Origin: a bacterium
GTDB lineage: Bacteria > UBA8248
Assembly: GCA_965219955.1 (NCBI GenBank)
Contig: OZ244799.1
Location: 3,872,001 to 3,936,000 of the forward strand
Length of the DNA stretch: 64,000 bases
Direction of reading: 5' to 3'
A program made the translations under genes and the position numbers. Numbering within the stretch: position 1 is the stretch's first letter; the number at the start of each line of letters is the position of its first letter. Positions 1 to 8,830 of the stretch are shown here, in pieces. Under the pieces are notes generated by a model that was given only the letters and a program-made list of their open reading frames with translations, searched no databases and was not told the origin of the DNA.

Positions 1-550
1 TGCGGTTTATGATGCTAGGGAAGCGCTCCAGAAGACGTCTTGCCCCTTTTTTCGAAACGACGTAACTCTGCGTTCCCCAGTCAGAAAACTTCGTGATGCC
101 CAGCCGAATGCCGGAATCGACTCTCTTGAGCGGCGCAAAGGGTTTATCTTTACTGTGTCGATGCAGAAAAACGAAGTCGAATTCCCAGCCCGAGGCGTAG
201 AGGCGCGCAAGCGCATTGAGCGCGCCGCCGATTTCGGGCGCGAGCGTTACGTCGTCCTCGAAGACGGCGGCCAGTTCATCCTCGCCCGCAACGACGCCTT
301 CGAGCGCCTTTCTGTGGCTTAAGTGGCAGGCGACCATGCCGTCGGAGAGTGGGCGGCGGCCCTCCAAATCGCGTGATTTCCTGTCCACGCGGGCCCAGTC
401 CTCCTCATTCAGATCGCGCCAGTCGATGGCGTCTAAAATCTCGAACTCCATACCTAAAGCGTCGAACTGCCGGCGCATCGCCCGCCGCCTTGCATCGGCG
501 CGCGGCAGGTTGATGATGATGTGCTTCATCGCGCGCGGCGCGTGGGTCAT
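1..550 (-). CDS. Glycosyltransferase family 25 (LPS/surface glycan biosynthesis), runs off the window edge
   Basis: Not in the ORF track because it has no stop in the window. Manual translation from ATG at 550 gives MTHAPRAMKHIIINLPRADARRRAMRRQFDALGMEFEILDAID...GMVACHLSHRKAL...AAVFEDDV, matching the GT25 motifs INL..R, C.LSH and FEDD. Confidence 0.85.
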   Translation of the reverse strand, partial: MTHAPRAMKHIIINLPRADARRRAMRRQFDALGMEFEILDAIDWRDLNEEDWARVDRKSRDLEGRRPLSDGMVACHLSHRKALEGVVAGEDELAAVFEDDVTLAPEIGGALNALARLYASGWEFDFVFLHRHSKDKPFAPLKRVDSGIRLGITKFSDWGTQSYVVSKKGARRLLERFPSIINR

Positions 551-641
551 TGTTTGCTGCCCTCGTTCATTTATCGTCTCCGCAGGGAGACTGAAAATTT
601 TGTTGTTTTCCGTCAGACGGAACTACCGCATCATCGGGGCG

Positions 642-670
642 ATAGTAGCATTTCTTCGCTGGTGGGGTAA
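642..670 (-). promoter_or_regulatory. Sigma70-type promoter for the GT25 gene (copy 1 of a duplicated promoter)
   Basis: Minus strand reads TTACCC-N17-TACTAT with TG just upstream of the -10. Confidence 0.55.
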
Positions 671-737
671 TGAGGGGGGGAGCGGTTGTCGAGTGCTCTG
701 CAAGGGGGGAGTGATGTCCCTTCCCTCCCCGATCTGC

Positions 738-1433
738 TTAATGCCAGGACAGGTTGATGTAGGGGCTGTCGATGCCTCGGGCTTTTTCGTAGAGTGCGTT
801 AACCCTCGGTTTATGGTCCGGGATACCGTTTTCGTGCGTTTCCGCGAAGATATTGTCGATGCGCGCCAGGACGTCCGGCCGGTCGAGCAAGGATTCCAGC
901 AGGTCGACTTCTGCTCCCTCGATGTCAATCTTGAGTACGCCGATCTCTTCATCAAGACCTTCGATATATCGTATGAAGTCCGCCTGCCTGACCTCGATGG
1001 CGTTCTCTTCCGAGACATCCCTCTTGCCGGCGATGATTGAGCTCGATATCGAATACGAGGCAGGATCGTTCTCGAATCGGGCATGACGGTAGAGGAGAAT
1101 CTTTTTCTCGCAAGCGCCGGCCGCCGCGTTCACAATCGTGACGTTGTCAAGGTCCGCCACGTTGGCCCGCAGCTCCGCGCAGGCCCACGGGTCGGGTTCA
1201 AAGGCGATTACCTGCTTGGCGCCAAGCGCCATCTTCCTGGTGTACTTGCCGATGTTGGCGCCCAGGTCAATGCACGTCATGCCCTCTGAGCGGCGGAGCG
1301 CCTCGTCAAACGCCGCCTTGGCACTTTGCCCCATGAATTTGCGTTCGTAATAGCGTCCCCATTCACCCGGCAGCCTGCGCAGCAGGTTGTATCTGAAATA
1401 CTTGTAGGTTCGATAGAGACTATAATCTTTCAT
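738..1433 (-). CDS. FkbM-family SAM-dependent methyltransferase
   Basis: Motifs CIDLGANIG, IAFEP and LKIDIEGAE. Start placed at MKDYS (1433), downstream of a GGGGAAG RBS-like sequence. Confidence 0.9.
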   Translation of the reverse strand: MKDYSLYRTYKYFRYNLLRRLPGEWGRYYERKFMGQSAKAAFDEALRRSEGMTCIDLGANIGKYTRKMALGAKQVIAFEPDPWACAELRANVADLDNVTIVNAAAGACEKKILLYRHARFENDPASYSISSSIIAGKRDVSEENAIEVRQADFIRYIEGLDEEIGVLKIDIEGAEVDLLESLLDRPDVLARIDNIFAETHENGIPDHKPRVNALYEKARGIDSPYINLSWH

Positions 1434-1473
1434 CGCTTCCCCCTGGCCGTCTCTACTCCATCTCCGAGGGCGG

Positions 1474-1502
1474 ATAGTAGCATTTCTTCGTCGACGGGGT
1501 AA
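1474..1502 (-). promoter_or_regulatory. Sigma70-type promoter for the FkbM gene (copy 2 of a duplicated promoter)
   Basis: Minus strand reads TTACCC-N17-TACTAT, nearly identical to 642-670. Confidence 0.55.
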
Positions 1503-1597
1503 CGAGGCGTGGGGCTGTTTCTCGCTCCTCGCCCGGAACAATCGCTCACTCCCGGGTTATGCGGCCCCTCCCTCCCCGCTCGGGGCTGACCCCCAAC

Positions 1598-1626
1598 TTG
1601 ACACAACCGGGGGCGCCCCATACCCT
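1598..1626 (+). promoter_or_regulatory. Sigma70 promoter for the DJ-1/PfpI gene
   Basis: TTGACA-N17-TACCCT, about 36 bp upstream of the ATG. Confidence 0.55.
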
Positions 1627-1662
1627 CATTGGCAACTTCCATAGCGAGGGGTTCGAGACACC

Positions 1663-2349
1663 ATGCGATTCCAAATCGGCCTTCTTCTCTTCCCGAATCT
1701 CACCCAACTCGACATGACCGGTCCGTACGAGGTCTTCACCAAGTTCCCGGAGGCAGACGTCCATCTCGTCTGGAAGACGCCGGAGCCCGTCAAGGCCGGC
1801 GGCGGCATGCAGATATTGCCGACGACGACGTTCGCCGAATGTCCCGAGCTCGACCTCATCTGCGTGCCGGGCGGGGCGGGCATGAACCCGCTGCTTAACG
1901 ATGAGGAAACGCTCGACTTCGTACGCCGCCAGGCGGCGGGGGCGCGCTACGTCACCTCCGTATGCACGGGGTCGCTTGTCCTGGGCGCTGCGGGGCTGCT
2001 GCAGGGAAAACGCGCGACTTCGCACTGGATGTCGCTGCCGATGCTCGCCGCCTTCGGCTGCGAGCCCGTGGCCGAGCGCGTGGTCGTCGACGGCAACGTG
2101 ATCACCGGCGGCGGCGTCACGGCCGGCATCGATTTCGCCCTGACGGTGGCGGGGGAACTCTTGGGGGCCGAAGCCGCCCGGAAGATTCAACTCGGGATGG
2201 AGTACGACCCGCGTCCTCCGTTCGACGCTGGCTCTCCCGAACGGGCGGACCCGGCGATGGTGGCCGCCGTGCGTGACGGCGCCGCCGCGCGCCAGACCGA
2301 GCGCGAGGAAGCGGTCGAGGAGGCGGCCGGCCGGATCGGAGGCGATTGA
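1663..2349 (+). CDS. DJ-1/PfpI family protein (isonitrile hydratase InhA-like)
   Basis: Motifs LD.TGPYEVF, SVCTG (nucleophile elbow), GGVTAGIDF and EYDP.PPF. Confidence 0.9.
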   Translation: MRFQIGLLLFPNLTQLDMTGPYEVFTKFPEADVHLVWKTPEPVKAGGGMQILPTTTFAECPELDLICVPGGAGMNPLLNDEETLDFVRRQAAGARYVTSVCTGSLVLGAAGLLQGKRATSHWMSLPMLAAFGCEPVAERVVVDGNVITGGGVTAGIDFALTVAGELLGAEAARKIQLGMEYDPRPPFDAGSPERADPAMVAAVRDGAAARQTEREEAVEEAAGRIGGD

Positions 2350-2364
2350 TCAGGACTCAAGTCC

Positions 2365-2679
2365 TCATCGCGAACCCGGCCTTGCCGCCAATCGGCGATA
2401 CGGGTTGCGGCGGCAATCCGCTTCAGTGCATCGAACAGGGAGGTCGGCGACTTTCCCGGATGCTTCCCCCTTTTTTCCATTCCACAAAGTCCGGAAGAGC
2501 TTTTCCAGGTCCTCATCCGCGTTCCGGGTGCCGCTCGGGTCTTCTCCATCTCCGGCGCTCGCCATCCACCCGATCACGGCGTCTCTTTCGGCCTCTCCGT
2601 ATCCCAGAACCTGGCCTCGCACCGCCCGAGTGCTTCCGGGCTTCGATTCGCTCCACGGGATCTTCATCTCGCCCTGCAT
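2365..2679 (-). CDS. Possible small hypothetical protein
   Basis: Roughly 104-aa ORF filling an otherwise empty gap; no recognisable motif. Confidence 0.3.
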   Translation of the reverse strand: MQGEMKIPWSESKPGSTRAVRGQVLGYGEAERDAVIGWMASAGDGEDPSGTRNADEDLEKLFRTLWNGKKGEASGKVADLPVRCTEADCRRNPYRRLAARPGSR

Positions 2680-2823
2680 CCACAACGGTGAACTGAAAAA
2701 TCCGGGATGGATTCTCACGCTGAAATGAGGGATAATAAGAACTTCCAACGTCAGGAACGATTTTCAGGTTTCCCGCTTCGGATGAATCGGGATCATATCT
2801 TTTCCAACCCAGGAGGTAAGCAG

Positions 2824-3798
2824 ATGAGAACATGTCGTACCTTGTGCTTCATTCTGATAGCTGTGTTTGCCGTTGCATTGCCGTTGCAGTCTGCTTCGGC
2901 CGCGTTTCCCGAAAAGCCGATTCAGTTCATCATTCCCTTCGGCGCGGGCGGCGGCGCGGACATCGAGGGACGCCTGCTCGCCAAGGGTATGGCGAAAGAG
3001 CTCGGCGTTCCCGTGGTGGCCATCAACAAACCGGGCGCGGGCGGCGCCGTCACCTACACGTTCGTCAAGAACTCCAAGCCCGACGGCTATATCGTGGCCT
3101 GGAACTCCACCTCCATCCTGACCTCCACGAACATCGGCAACGTGCCGTGGGGCTATCAGGAACTCGACCACATCGGGCGGGTGCACTTCCAGCCCCTCGT
3201 GGTGGCGGTGAACGCCAAGTCGAAATGGAAGTCGGCCAAGGACTTCGTGGCGGATTGCAAGAAAAAGCCGAACACGCTCAAAATCGGCCACGCGGGCACC
3301 GGCAGCACCACGCACCTGACGGCCGTCATCTTCACGAACATGACGGGCTGTAAGGCCATTCTCGTTCCCCTGGGCGTGAAGCGGCGCAACGCGGCGCTTC
3401 TGAGCGGCGAGGTCGACGCCATGGGGGCGCCTCTCACGGGGGCGATTCGCCTGGCGAAAGCGAACAAGTTCCGCATCATCACCCACATCACAGGCAAGCG
3501 GAACCCGGCGATCCCCGACGTGCCCACCATGAAGGAAATGGGCCACGACATCGATTTCGACCATTTCCGGGGCTTGAGCGTGCCGAAGGGAACGCCCGCC
3601 GCGGTGAAGGCGAAGCTCGTGGACGCCATGACGAAGGCCGCCAACTCGGACGCCTTCAAGAAGCTGGCCAAGACGAAGGGCTTCACGATCGACCCGAGCG
3701 GGCCTGAAGAGTTCGGCAAAATGCTCGCCAAGCGCGACAAGATTGTCGCCGACATCATGAAGGCCACGGGCGTATACAAGTCCAAGGCGAAGAAATAA
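2824..3798 (+). CDS. TTT transporter substrate-binding protein (TctC/Bug family)
   Basis: Signal peptide, motifs FPEKPI..IIPFGAGGGAD and NKPGAGG, AGGAGG RBS. Confidence 0.92.
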   Translation: MRTCRTLCFILIAVFAVALPLQSASAAFPEKPIQFIIPFGAGGGADIEGRLLAKGMAKELGVPVVAINKPGAGGAVTYTFVKNSKPDGYIVAWNSTSILTSTNIGNVPWGYQELDHIGRVHFQPLVVAVNAKSKWKSAKDFVADCKKKPNTLKIGHAGTGSTTHLTAVIFTNMTGCKAILVPLGVKRRNAALLSGEVDAMGAPLTGAIRLAKANKFRIITHITGKRNPAIPDVPTMKEMGHDIDFDHFRGLSVPKGTPAAVKAKLVDAMTKAANSDAFKKLAKTKGFTIDPSGPEEFGKMLAKRDKIVADIMKATGVYKSKAKK

Positions 3799-3822
3799 CC
3801 GCGCAGGCCGCGCGACGTGCGG

Positions 3823-3852
3823 GGGCCGCCTCTTCCAGGGAGGGGGCGGCCC
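3823..3852 (+). terminator. GC hairpin after the tctC-like gene (terminator or mRNA stabiliser)
   Basis: GGGCCGCCTCT...GGGGGCGGCCC followed by a T-rich tract. Confidence 0.5.
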
Positions 3853-3893
3853 TCGTTTTCTGACTGTTTTCATCTCCTTCGGACGGATTCGGC

Positions 3894-4376
3894 ATGGGTC
3901 TGAGAAACATCGTCGGCGGGGTGGTCATCCTCGGCTTTACGCTCTACTACGGCGGCCTCGCCACCCTGCTGCCGAAGCGCACCACGACAGACGCGCCGGG
4001 GCCCCATTTCTTCCCCTACCTGATCACCGTCTCGATACTCTTCCTCAGCGCGGTGCTGATTCTGCAGGGGGTAAGGGGCCTGAAAGGCTCGGGCGGCCTC
4101 GCCGACCTGAGGCCCGAAAGACCTTCGGCGAACGAGAATTTCAGCATCGCCCGCGCAGCGGCCGGCTTGCTGCTCACGGGGCTCTATTTCTCTGCGCTTT
4201 CGACCTTCGGGTTCTTCTGGTCCACGCCCGTCTTTTTCGCCGCTCTCATGTGGACCTCGGGTGAGCGCCGTCCGCATATTCTCCTCACTCTGGCGATTAT
4301 CGTTCCCATGTTCCTGTTCTTTTTGTTCCGCGACCTTTTTCAGCTTCCCCTTCCAAGGGGAAGTTTTTTTGGATGA
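3894..4376 (+). CDS. TTT small membrane subunit (TctB family)
   Basis: About four hydrophobic segments, motifs PGP.FFP and LF..PLP.G, lies between the tctC- and tctA-like genes. Confidence 0.88.
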   Translation: MGLRNIVGGVVILGFTLYYGGLATLLPKRTTTDAPGPHFFPYLITVSILFLSAVLILQGVRGLKGSGGLADLRPERPSANENFSIARAAAGLLLTGLYFSALSTFGFFWSTPVFFAALMWTSGERRPHILLTLAIIVPMFLFFLFRDLFQLPLPRGSFFG

Positions 4377-4382
4377 CGCAAG

Positions 4383-5891
4383 ATGAATGGTGATTTGCTC
4401 CAGGGGTTCTACCTCGCCCTCGCGCCGACGAGCATTCTGGCCACCGCCCTGGGCGCCCTGCACGGCCTCATATGCGGGATGATGCCGGGTCTGACGACGA
4501 GCGCGGGCATCATCATCCTCTTCCCGGTCACCTTCATCCTGGAGCCGACGACCGCCGTTGCGCTGCTGCTCGGCGTCTTCGCGGGCGGAATGACGGGGGG
4601 GAGCTTCGCCGCCATTCTCATCAACATCCCGGGTTCACCCTCGGCTTCGGCCACCACGATGGACGGATTCCCCCTCACCCAGAAGGGAGAAGCCGGGCGG
4701 GCGCTGGGCGTTTCCATCGTATCGAGCTTCACCGGCGGTCTTTTCAGCTTCTTCTGCCTCATACTGATCGCTCCCCAACTCACCAAAGTGGCTCTTCAGT
4801 TCCGGGCGGCCGACCTGTTCGGGCTGGTCTTTTTCGGCATGTCCGTCATCTCCGCCTTCGCGGCGAAATCGCTCGTCAAGGGTTTGTTGTCCACTTTTCT
4901 GGGCCTCATGATCGTGACGGTGGGGATGGATCCGCTCGTGGGCACGGCGCGCTTCACCTTCGGGGACGCGAACATGCTCGCGGGAATCCACTTCATCGCC
5001 GCCCTCGTGGGCCTGTTCGCCATTCCGGAAATCGTGGCGAACCTCGCGGAGGGGAACATACGCTCGGTCGCCTCGCGGTTCGGCCGCGTGTTTCCCAGTT
5101 GGGCGGACATCAAGAAAATCCGGCTTCCGGTGGCCATCGGCTCCATCGTGGGGACTTTCGTCGGTATCCTCCCGGGAGCGGGCGGCCCGATAGCCGTTTT
5201 CGTGAGCTACGACTACGCCCAGAAGATCAGCAAGGAGCCCGAGCAATTCGGAAAGGGCTGCGTGGAGGGCGTGGCCGCGCCCGAATCGGCGAACAGCTCC
5301 ATCGCCGGCGGGGCGCTTATTCCGATGATGACGCTGGGAATTCCTGGCGACCCGATAACCGCCATCCTCATTGGCGCCCTGCTGGTACACGGCATGGCGC
5401 CGGGGCCGCTTCTTTTCGTGGAGCAGGGTCCCTTCGCGTTTTCGGTGCTCTTCTCGTATTTCATCGCAATTTGCAGCACGGCGACGGTCGCGTTCCTGGG
5501 CTTGAGGCTTATCGTGAAACTGCTGTCCATACCCCGCTCGCTGCTGCTTCCGATTATCGTCTCCCTGTGCGTTCTGGGGACGTACGCGCTCAGGAATTCC
5601 TTCTTCGACATCTACGTCATGTTCTTCTTCGGCCTCGTGGCGCTTTCCTTCAAGTGGCTCGATATTCCGGTCGTTCCCATGCTGCTTGCGCTCGTGCTGG
5701 GGCGGCAGCTCGAGGAGCACATGCGGGTCGCCCTGGCCTCGTCAAAGGGCGACATCTCGATTTTCTTCACCTCGCCGTGGTGTCTGTTCTTCCTGTGCCT
5801 CTCGGTGGTCTCCTTCGCCTGGCCGTTCTTTCTCGAATGGAGAGTCAGGAAAAGAGCGCTCAAGAACGCGTCCACCACGTCCTCCGCTTAG
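4383..5891 (+). CDS. TTT large permease (TctA family)
   Basis: Motifs ILINIPG, MDGFP, APESAN and LTLGIPGD. Confidence 0.93.
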   Translation: MNGDLLQGFYLALAPTSILATALGALHGLICGMMPGLTTSAGIIILFPVTFILEPTTAVALLLGVFAGGMTGGSFAAILINIPGSPSASATTMDGFPLTQKGEAGRALGVSIVSSFTGGLFSFFCLILIAPQLTKVALQFRAADLFGLVFFGMSVISAFAAKSLVKGLLSTFLGLMIVTVGMDPLVGTARFTFGDANMLAGIHFIAALVGLFAIPEIVANLAEGNIRSVASRFGRVFPSWADIKKIRLPVAIGSIVGTFVGILPGAGGPIAVFVSYDYAQKISKEPEQFGKGCVEGVAAPESANSSIAGGALIPMMTLGIPGDPITAILIGALLVHGMAPGPLLFVEQGPFAFSVLFSYFIAICSTATVAFLGLRLIVKLLSIPRSLLLPIIVSLCVLGTYALRNSFFDIYVMFFFGLVALSFKWLDIPVVPMLLALVLGRQLEEHMRVALASSKGDISIFFTSPWCLFFLCLSVVSFAWPFFLEWRVRKRALKNASTTSSA

Positions 5892-6017
5892 AAAGCGCAC
5901 CGGCCGGCCTCATCGCCGCTCGTCGGATCGAGGCGAGCCTGTCGAGAAACCTGGCAAGCAACTCCTATGGAAACTCTCACCACCGAGGAGAATTTCAAAT
6001 TCACTCCCCCCCTTGAG

Positions 6018-6197
6018 GGGATTGTTGAAAAAGGCCTATCCGACCTTCGAGATTGTTCGCCGTAGGGACAGGCCTCCGTGCCTGTCCTGCGTCTCCGGGT
6101 CGTATGCCAACAACGGGCGGGCACGGAGGCCCGCCCCTACGGGAAAACACGTCTCCCTGCCAATCTCCCTTGTCAGGGAGGCTTTTTCAACAACCCC
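6018..6197. mobile_element. Family B TIR element inserted into element A
   Basis: TIRs GGGATTGTTGAAAAAGG and GCTTTTTCAACAACCCC with TTGAG duplicated on both sides. Removing it restores the intact family A end. Confidence 0.8.
6062..6140. repeat. Inverted pair of GTAG-type REP palindromes
   Basis: GTAGGGACAGGCCTCCGTGCCTGTCC ... GGGCGGGCACGGAGGCCCGCCCCTAC. Confidence 0.8.
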
Positions 6198-6493
6198 TTG
6201 AGGGTCTGGCTTCCCGAGGGGAAAGCCAGACGATGAAGCCGAGCGTTTTTTGCGAAGGCTGATGCGGTGGGGGGCAAAATGCGTTTTAGCGCCATTCCGA
6301 ATTATACCCCCCACCGAATCGCTTGCGGGCTTACGCCCTTAGCTCTTCGTCGGTCTTCCCGAGGAGGAAAGACCGACCCTCAAGGGGGGAGTGATTCCTC
6401 TCTCCTCGGGCTTTTTCAACAACCCCGAGGCGGGAGGTTTCCGGCGTCTCAGCCCGGGCGTCTTGGCAGGGATTCGACGCGAAAATCACGGCC

Positions 6494-6537
6494 TTGACCC
6501 TGAATCGAGGCTCATCTAACCTGTTCCATATATCGAA
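6494..6537 (+). promoter_or_regulatory. Sigma70 promoter plus pseudo-palindromic operator for the Liv-type operon
   Basis: TTGACC-N17-TAACCT followed immediately by TTCCATATATCGAA. Confidence 0.5.
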
Positions 6538-6630
6538 AATAAACTTATGCTGACGGCTGGCGTCGTTCTCTGAAGAGCCTGATTCCGGCTGTACGGATTC
6601 GTATGTTTCCATCTTCAAGGGGGGCTTCTC

Positions 6631-7851
6631 ATGTCTGGTTTCAGAAAAAAAGCGTTCTTTGCCGGGGCGATCATCCTGGCGATAGGCTTGCTGAGCGTTT
6701 CCACTTCATTTGCGGCGAAAACCATAAAAATCGGCGTTCTCTCTCCACTCACGGGCCTTTACTCCATCGTGGGGAAAAGGACGAGCCAGGGCATCAACAT
6801 GGCCGTCAAGGAGATCAATGACGCGGGCGGCGTTCTGGGCCACAAGTTCGAGGCGCTGATCCGGGATTCCGAGACCAACCCGGCGAGTTCGGTGCGCACG
6901 GCGAGACGGCTGATCCTGCGCGATAAGGTCTTCGCCCTTTTGGGGCCGCTGCACGGGGGAGCGGCCATCGCCGTGCTTCAGGAATCGAAAAAGCTCAAGA
7001 CGATGAATTTCCCCTGGGCGGCGACCGAGGAGATCAACACGAAGTTCTGCAGCCGCTACACCTGGCGGGTGGGCAGCAGCGCGCAGCAGACTTCCCGCGC
7101 GGGCGCCGTCATCGCCCACCGGCTGGGCTTGAAGAAGTGGGCGACGATATCTTCTGATTTCTCATACGGCCGCTCCGTCGTCCGGCAGTTCTGGAACTAC
7201 CTCAAAGAACGCGACCCGGGTGCGAAGCGCCCCTATGCGGCATGGCCGAAGCTGGGCGAGAACGATTATTCAGCCTACATCAACAAGATGCAGAAGGCGA
7301 AGCCCGACGCCATCTACGTCGGCCTGTTCGGCGCCGACCTCATCAAGTTCATAAAGCAGGCCCGCTCGTTCGGGATGTACGAGAAGGTGAAGATTTTCAC
7401 CGATTTCGGCGGCAACCACGTCGTGCTCAAGGCGCTGGGCGACCAGGCGCCGTTCGGCCACTGGGCGAGTTCGCGCTATCTGCACAACTATCCGGTTTCC
7501 GCGGCCAACAAGCGTTTCGTGGACAACTTCCGGAAGGCGTACAACGTCTACCCGGACATGACGGCGGGCGAAGCGTATTCGACCGTCCACGTGATTGCGG
7601 AATCCATCCGCCGCGCCGGCGCCGTGGACAAGGAGAAAGCGATTGACGCCATGGGCGGCGTCGCCTTCAACTCGCCCGAAGGGTGGATCATCATGCGCCC
7701 CTCCGATCACCAGGGCTGGCAGTCCAGCTTCTGGGGCGTCATTTCAAAGAGCAAGAAATACCCTTTCCCGGTCCTCTCGAACATCCAGGTGATCTCTCCC
7801 GTCGAGGGTTCTCACCCCGATGAGAACACGGGCCAGGGCTGCCGGAAATAA
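6631..7851 (+). CDS. Liv/HAAT-family ABC substrate-binding protein
   Basis: Signal peptide, motifs IKIGVLSPLTG, EINDAGGVLG and RDSETNP. Confidence 0.92.
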   Translation: MSGFRKKAFFAGAIILAIGLLSVSTSFAAKTIKIGVLSPLTGLYSIVGKRTSQGINMAVKEINDAGGVLGHKFEALIRDSETNPASSVRTARRLILRDKVFALLGPLHGGAAIAVLQESKKLKTMNFPWAATEEINTKFCSRYTWRVGSSAQQTSRAGAVIAHRLGLKKWATISSDFSYGRSVVRQFWNYLKERDPGAKRPYAAWPKLGENDYSAYINKMQKAKPDAIYVGLFGADLIKFIKQARSFGMYEKVKIFTDFGGNHVVLKALGDQAPFGHWASSRYLHNYPVSAANKRFVDNFRKAYNVYPDMTAGEAYSTVHVIAESIRRAGAVDKEKAIDAMGGVAFNSPEGWIIMRPSDHQGWQSSFWGVISKSKKYPFPVLSNIQVISPVEGSHPDENTGQGCRK

Positions 7852-7927
7852 TCATCGCGCGTGAAGCCACAGGCGCCCCGGGAAAATTCCGGGGCGTCGC
7901 CTCACCTTTTTCCGGAGGCCCGGACGC

Positions 7928-8809
7928 ATGGAATTGGACGTCAGTTTTTGGTTGACCCAGTTTCTGAACGGGTTGGCCAACGCGATGGTTCTCTTCCTGA
8001 TCGCCTCGGGACTCACGATTCTGCTGGGCGTGCTGGGCGTCCTGAACCTGGCCCACGGCTCGTTCTACATGCTGGGCGCTTTTCTGATTTTCTCGAGTTC
8101 GATCATCAAGAACCCGAGCTGGTTCTGGGTGGGTCTGCTCTTAGCACCTTTAGTGGTGGCGGGGTTCGGCACCATCATCGAAGCGTTCTGCCTGCGCCCT
8201 CTCTACGGCCGGGAGAGACTCTACACCCTGCTGCTGACCTATGGCTTCACGCTCATTCTCGACGATCTGGTTCTGCTGATCTGGGGCCGGGATTACAAGT
8301 CCGTTCCCATCCCCGCGCTGTTCGAAGGGCGATTGACCATCGGGGATTTCAGTTACCCCGTGTATTTTCTCTTCATCATCGCGGTCGGCCCGCTGCTGGG
8401 CGTCTTCCTGTGGTTCATTCTTAACAGGACGAACTTCGGGAAACTCATACGCGCCGCCGCCACGGACAGCGAGATGCTCGACGCCCTGGGGGTCAACGTG
8501 AACCGGGTATTCACCGGCGTATTCGCCCTGGGCGCCTGGCTCGCGAGCCTGGGCGGCATTCTGGCCGCGCCGATGAGAAGCGTCGAGCCCGGCATGGGGG
8601 TGGAGATCATCATCGAATCGTTCATCGTCGTCATCATCGGAGGGATGGGGAGTTATCTGGGCGCGTTCGTGGGGGCCGTGCTCATCGGGATGCTCAAGGC
8701 GTTCGGCATCGAGATTCTCGAGAATTTCGCGATGATCTTCATCTACGCCCTCGTATTGCCGATTTTGATCCTGAGACCCCGCGGCCTGTTCGGCGAGACG
8801 ACGATTTAA
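7928..8809 (+). CDS. Liv-type ABC permease (LivH-like)
   Basis: Motifs LNLAHGSFYMLG, FG..IRA and VIIGGMGS. Confidence 0.92.
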   Translation: MELDVSFWLTQFLNGLANAMVLFLIASGLTILLGVLGVLNLAHGSFYMLGAFLIFSSSIIKNPSWFWVGLLLAPLVVAGFGTIIEAFCLRPLYGRERLYTLLLTYGFTLILDDLVLLIWGRDYKSVPIPALFEGRLTIGDFSYPVYFLFIIAVGPLLGVFLWFILNRTNFGKLIRAAATDSEMLDALGVNVNRVFTGVFALGAWLASLGGILAAPMRSVEPGMGVEIIIESFIVVIIGGMGSYLGAFVGAVLIGMLKAFGIEILENFAMIFIYALVLPILILRPRGLFGETTI

Positions 8810-8830
8810 GAACGGGAGCCTGAAAAACGC

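Larger units (their letters stand above)
6001..6394. repeat. Hairpin-ended repeat element (family A), interrupted copy
   Basis: Ends TCACTCCCCCCCTTGAG and CCCTCAAGGGGGGAGTGA. Body is near-identical (reverse complement) to the copies at 21445, 37557 and 60672. Confidence 0.88.
5935..6426. mobile_element. Non-autonomous TIR element (family B, outer copy) carrying nested repeats
   Basis: Right end GCTTTTTCAACAACCCC, degenerate left end GAGCCTGTCGAGAAACC, flanked by GAGGC at 5930-5934 and 6427-6431. Confidence 0.55.

Noticed and set aside
216-1040. 274-aa plus-strand ORF
   Set aside because: Antisense shadow of the GT25 and FkbM genes.
6036-6497. Similar short ORFs containing GGKMRFIAIPNYTPHR (also at 21341, 37273, 60220 and 60668)
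   Set aside because: Translations of repeat family A with inconsistent starts, stops and frames; no transposase motifs.
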